Shown piece after piece: positions 62,206 to 64,000 of a stretch of DNA of 64,000 bases. Source of the DNA: an uncultured Chloroflexia bacterium. GTDB taxonomy: Bacteria > Chloroflexota > Limnocylindria > Limnocylindrales > CSP1-4. A program made the position numbers and the translations under genes. The stretch lies in assembly GCA_963746405.1 (NCBI GenBank), contig CAVVAV010000002.1, forward strand, positions 628,155-692,154, written 5' to 3'. The notes beneath the pieces were generated by a model. That model was not told where the DNA came from and searched no databases. It saw nothing but the letters and a program-made list of their open reading frames with translations. Position 1 is the first letter of the stretch. Every line of letters starts with the position of its first letter.

Positions 62206-63933
62206 TCAACCCTCCGAGGTCGTGCGAAGCGCGGCGTCGAGTGCGCGCTCCAGGGCGGCGAGGCCGGCGTCGGGATCGGCGCCGAGATGGACGCGCAGGA
62301 TCGGTAGCTCGTGCCGATCGAGCGCGGCGAAGTCGCCGGCCGCCTGGCCCTCGACGAGCTGGCCGAAGGTGAAGGGCCAGCCGGGGACCGCGCGGTCGTC
62401 CTCATTGTCGGCCGTCAGTTGGAGGAACCAGCCGATGGGTGCGCCGCCCTTGTGCAGCTGGCCGGTCGAGTGGAGGAAGCGCGGGCCATAGCCAGCGGTC
62501 GTCGCGTTGCGGGTTCGGTCACGCAGGACCGCGCGGATGCGGGCCAGGGCTTGGTCGCGGGCGGGCGTTGGCGCGATGAATGCCTGGATGGCGAGGTAGG
62601 CGTTCGAGACTCGGCGACCCAGGTGGGCGGTCAGGGCGTCGACGATGGCCGGATCCGTCGGGGTCGGCGGCGGCGGGCCCGCGTACATCGGCTCGCCGCG
62701 GCCAGCCCTTGTCAGTGCGTCGCGCGTCATCTGCTTCGCTTGCTCGACGTTCGGCTGGTCGAACGGGTCGATCCCGAGGACGACGCCAACGATCGCCGTC
62801 GCGACCTCCCAGCGAACAAACTCGCCACCGAGGTCGATCGGGTCGGCGATCGCGATGCGAATGACCGGATGGCCCGCGGCCTGCAGCACCCCAGCGAGCG
62901 CCTCCGCCCCGCCGTCTGTGCCACCGGCGACCGACAGCCGCACGAAGACGCGGTCCCCGCCGTACGACGAGGGCTGCCCCAGCGGCTCGAGGTCGACCGG
63001 GACGATCCCGACACCGTGCTTGCCGGTGCTTTCGGCGATGAGCTGCTCGGCCCATGCCCCGAATGACGAGATCTCGTGGTCTGCCAGGAAGGTCAGCTTA
63101 TCGCGCCCCGCCTTGGCGAGCGTGCCCATCGCGATGCCCAGCGACACGCCCGGGTTGAGCGCCGGATCCGGTTCGTGGCAGGCTCCGTGCATGGCCAGCG
63201 CCGACGCCAGGAGGGCGTCGAGATCGAGTCCGATGAGCGACCCCGGTACGAGCCCGACGTACGTGAGGGCGCTGTAGCGGCCGCCGATGTCCGGCGGGTT
63301 CAGGAACACTTCCCGGAACTCGTCGTGGTGGGGGATCGCCTCGAAGCTCTTGCCCGGGTCGGTGATCACGGCCATCAGGTCGCCGGGCTTCTCGTACGCG
63401 TGATGGCCGACCTTGTCGAGGGCCTGGTGTGCGATGTCCCAGAAGTACGCGAGGAACGCATTCGGCTCGGTCGTCGTGCCGGACTTGCTGGCGATGATGA
63501 CGAGGGTCTTGAGTGGGTCGAGGTCGTCGAAGACGGCCGCCACGGCCGCTGGAGCCGTGGAATCGAGGATGCGCAGGTCCAGGTATCCCTCCTGCGACCC
63601 GAAGGTCCGGTACAGGACGTCCGGCGCGAGGCTGCTGCCACCCATGCCGGCCACGACCACGGTCGTGAAGCCGGCCTCGACGACGCCGTCGCCGAAGCCC
63701 TCGAGGGCCGGGACGTTGTCGGCAAAGTCCACGGGCGCATCCAGCCAGCCGAGGCGATCGGCGATCGACCTCTGGACCTCCGAATCGTCCGACCAGAGCG
63801 TCACGTCGCGATCGAACAGCCGGGTCGCCCAATCGTCGGCCCGTGCCTGCTCGACGGCCGCGTCGTAGGCGTCGGCAGCGTCACCCAGCGCAAAGCGTGG
63901 GGCGCGGACGGAGGTCGACGTGGGATCGGTCAT
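62206..63933 (-). CDS. pgi: Glucose-6-phosphate isomerase (type related to the PGI half of Tal-PGI fusions)
   Basis: GMGGSSL, ASKSGTTTEP, ITDPG, IGGRYSAL, EQLIAESTGK, DPFDQPNVE, GPRFLHSTGQLHKGG. Confidence 0.92.
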   Translation of the reverse strand: MTDPTSTSVRAPRFALGDAADAYDAAVEQARADDWATRLFDRDVTLWSDDSEVQRSIADRLGWLDAPVDFADNVPALEGFGDGVVEAGFTTVVVAGMGGSSLAPDVLYRTFGSQEGYLDLRILDSTAPAAVAAVFDDLDPLKTLVIIASKSGTTTEPNAFLAYFWDIAHQALDKVGHHAYEKPGDLMAVITDPGKSFEAIPHHDEFREVFLNPPDIGGRYSALTYVGLVPGSLIGLDLDALLASALAMHGACHEPDPALNPGVSLGIAMGTLAKAGRDKLTFLADHEISSFGAWAEQLIAESTGKHGVGIVPVDLEPLGQPSSYGGDRVFVRLSVAGGTDGGAEALAGVLQAAGHPVIRIAIADPIDLGGEFVRWEVATAIVGVVLGIDPFDQPNVEQAKQMTRDALTRAGRGEPMYAGPPPPTPTDPAIVDALTAHLGRRVSNAYLAIQAFIAPTPARDQALARIRAVLRDRTRNATTAGYGPRFLHSTGQLHKGGAPIGWFLQLTADNEDDRAVPGWPFTFGQLVEGQAAGDFAALDRHELPILRVHLGADPDAGLAALERALDAALRTTSEG

Positions 63934-64000
63934 CGTGGCCTCCACAGCGAGGGTGGGCAGCTGGGGTCGTCATGGTACGCCGCGGCCCCGGAACCGGGAG

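Overview
Very GC-rich bacterial chromosomal window, densely coding (about 60 genes), with no mobile element, prophage or CRISPR array visible. Gene content and style resemble Chloroflexota (Limnocylindria-like) or Actinomycetota; this is inference only. The centrepiece (15.6-31.4 kb) is a self-contained selenium/molybdenum C1 locus. It holds fdhD, a split formate dehydrogenase, a co-oriented formamidase/acetamidase, an APC permease, a Zn-motif adenylate cyclase and selD/selC/selA/selB. The FDH consists of an Fe-S subunit, a fused NuoE-NuoF diaphorase and a catalytic subunit with an in-frame UGA selenocysteine codon and SECIS hairpin that the ORF track splits in two. selB runs in-frame into mobA. 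Other content: a GH13 enzyme, metH, lysA, a large secreted repeat protein, an Mre11/Rad50-like pair, a two-component system, corA, citrate synthase and a pgi-gnd-zwf-opcA-pgl operon. Non-coding signals include a promoter-driven ~186-nt rod-shaped RNA (6S-like) preceded by an 11-bp-phased DnaA-box-like array, and a triple palindromic operator upstream of fdh. There are also pervasive leaderless promoters and two apparent CUG-initiated, translationally coupled genes. Two clear single-base frameshifts (lysA, an MFS gene) suggest assembly indel errors, which tempers the SelB-MobA fusion.
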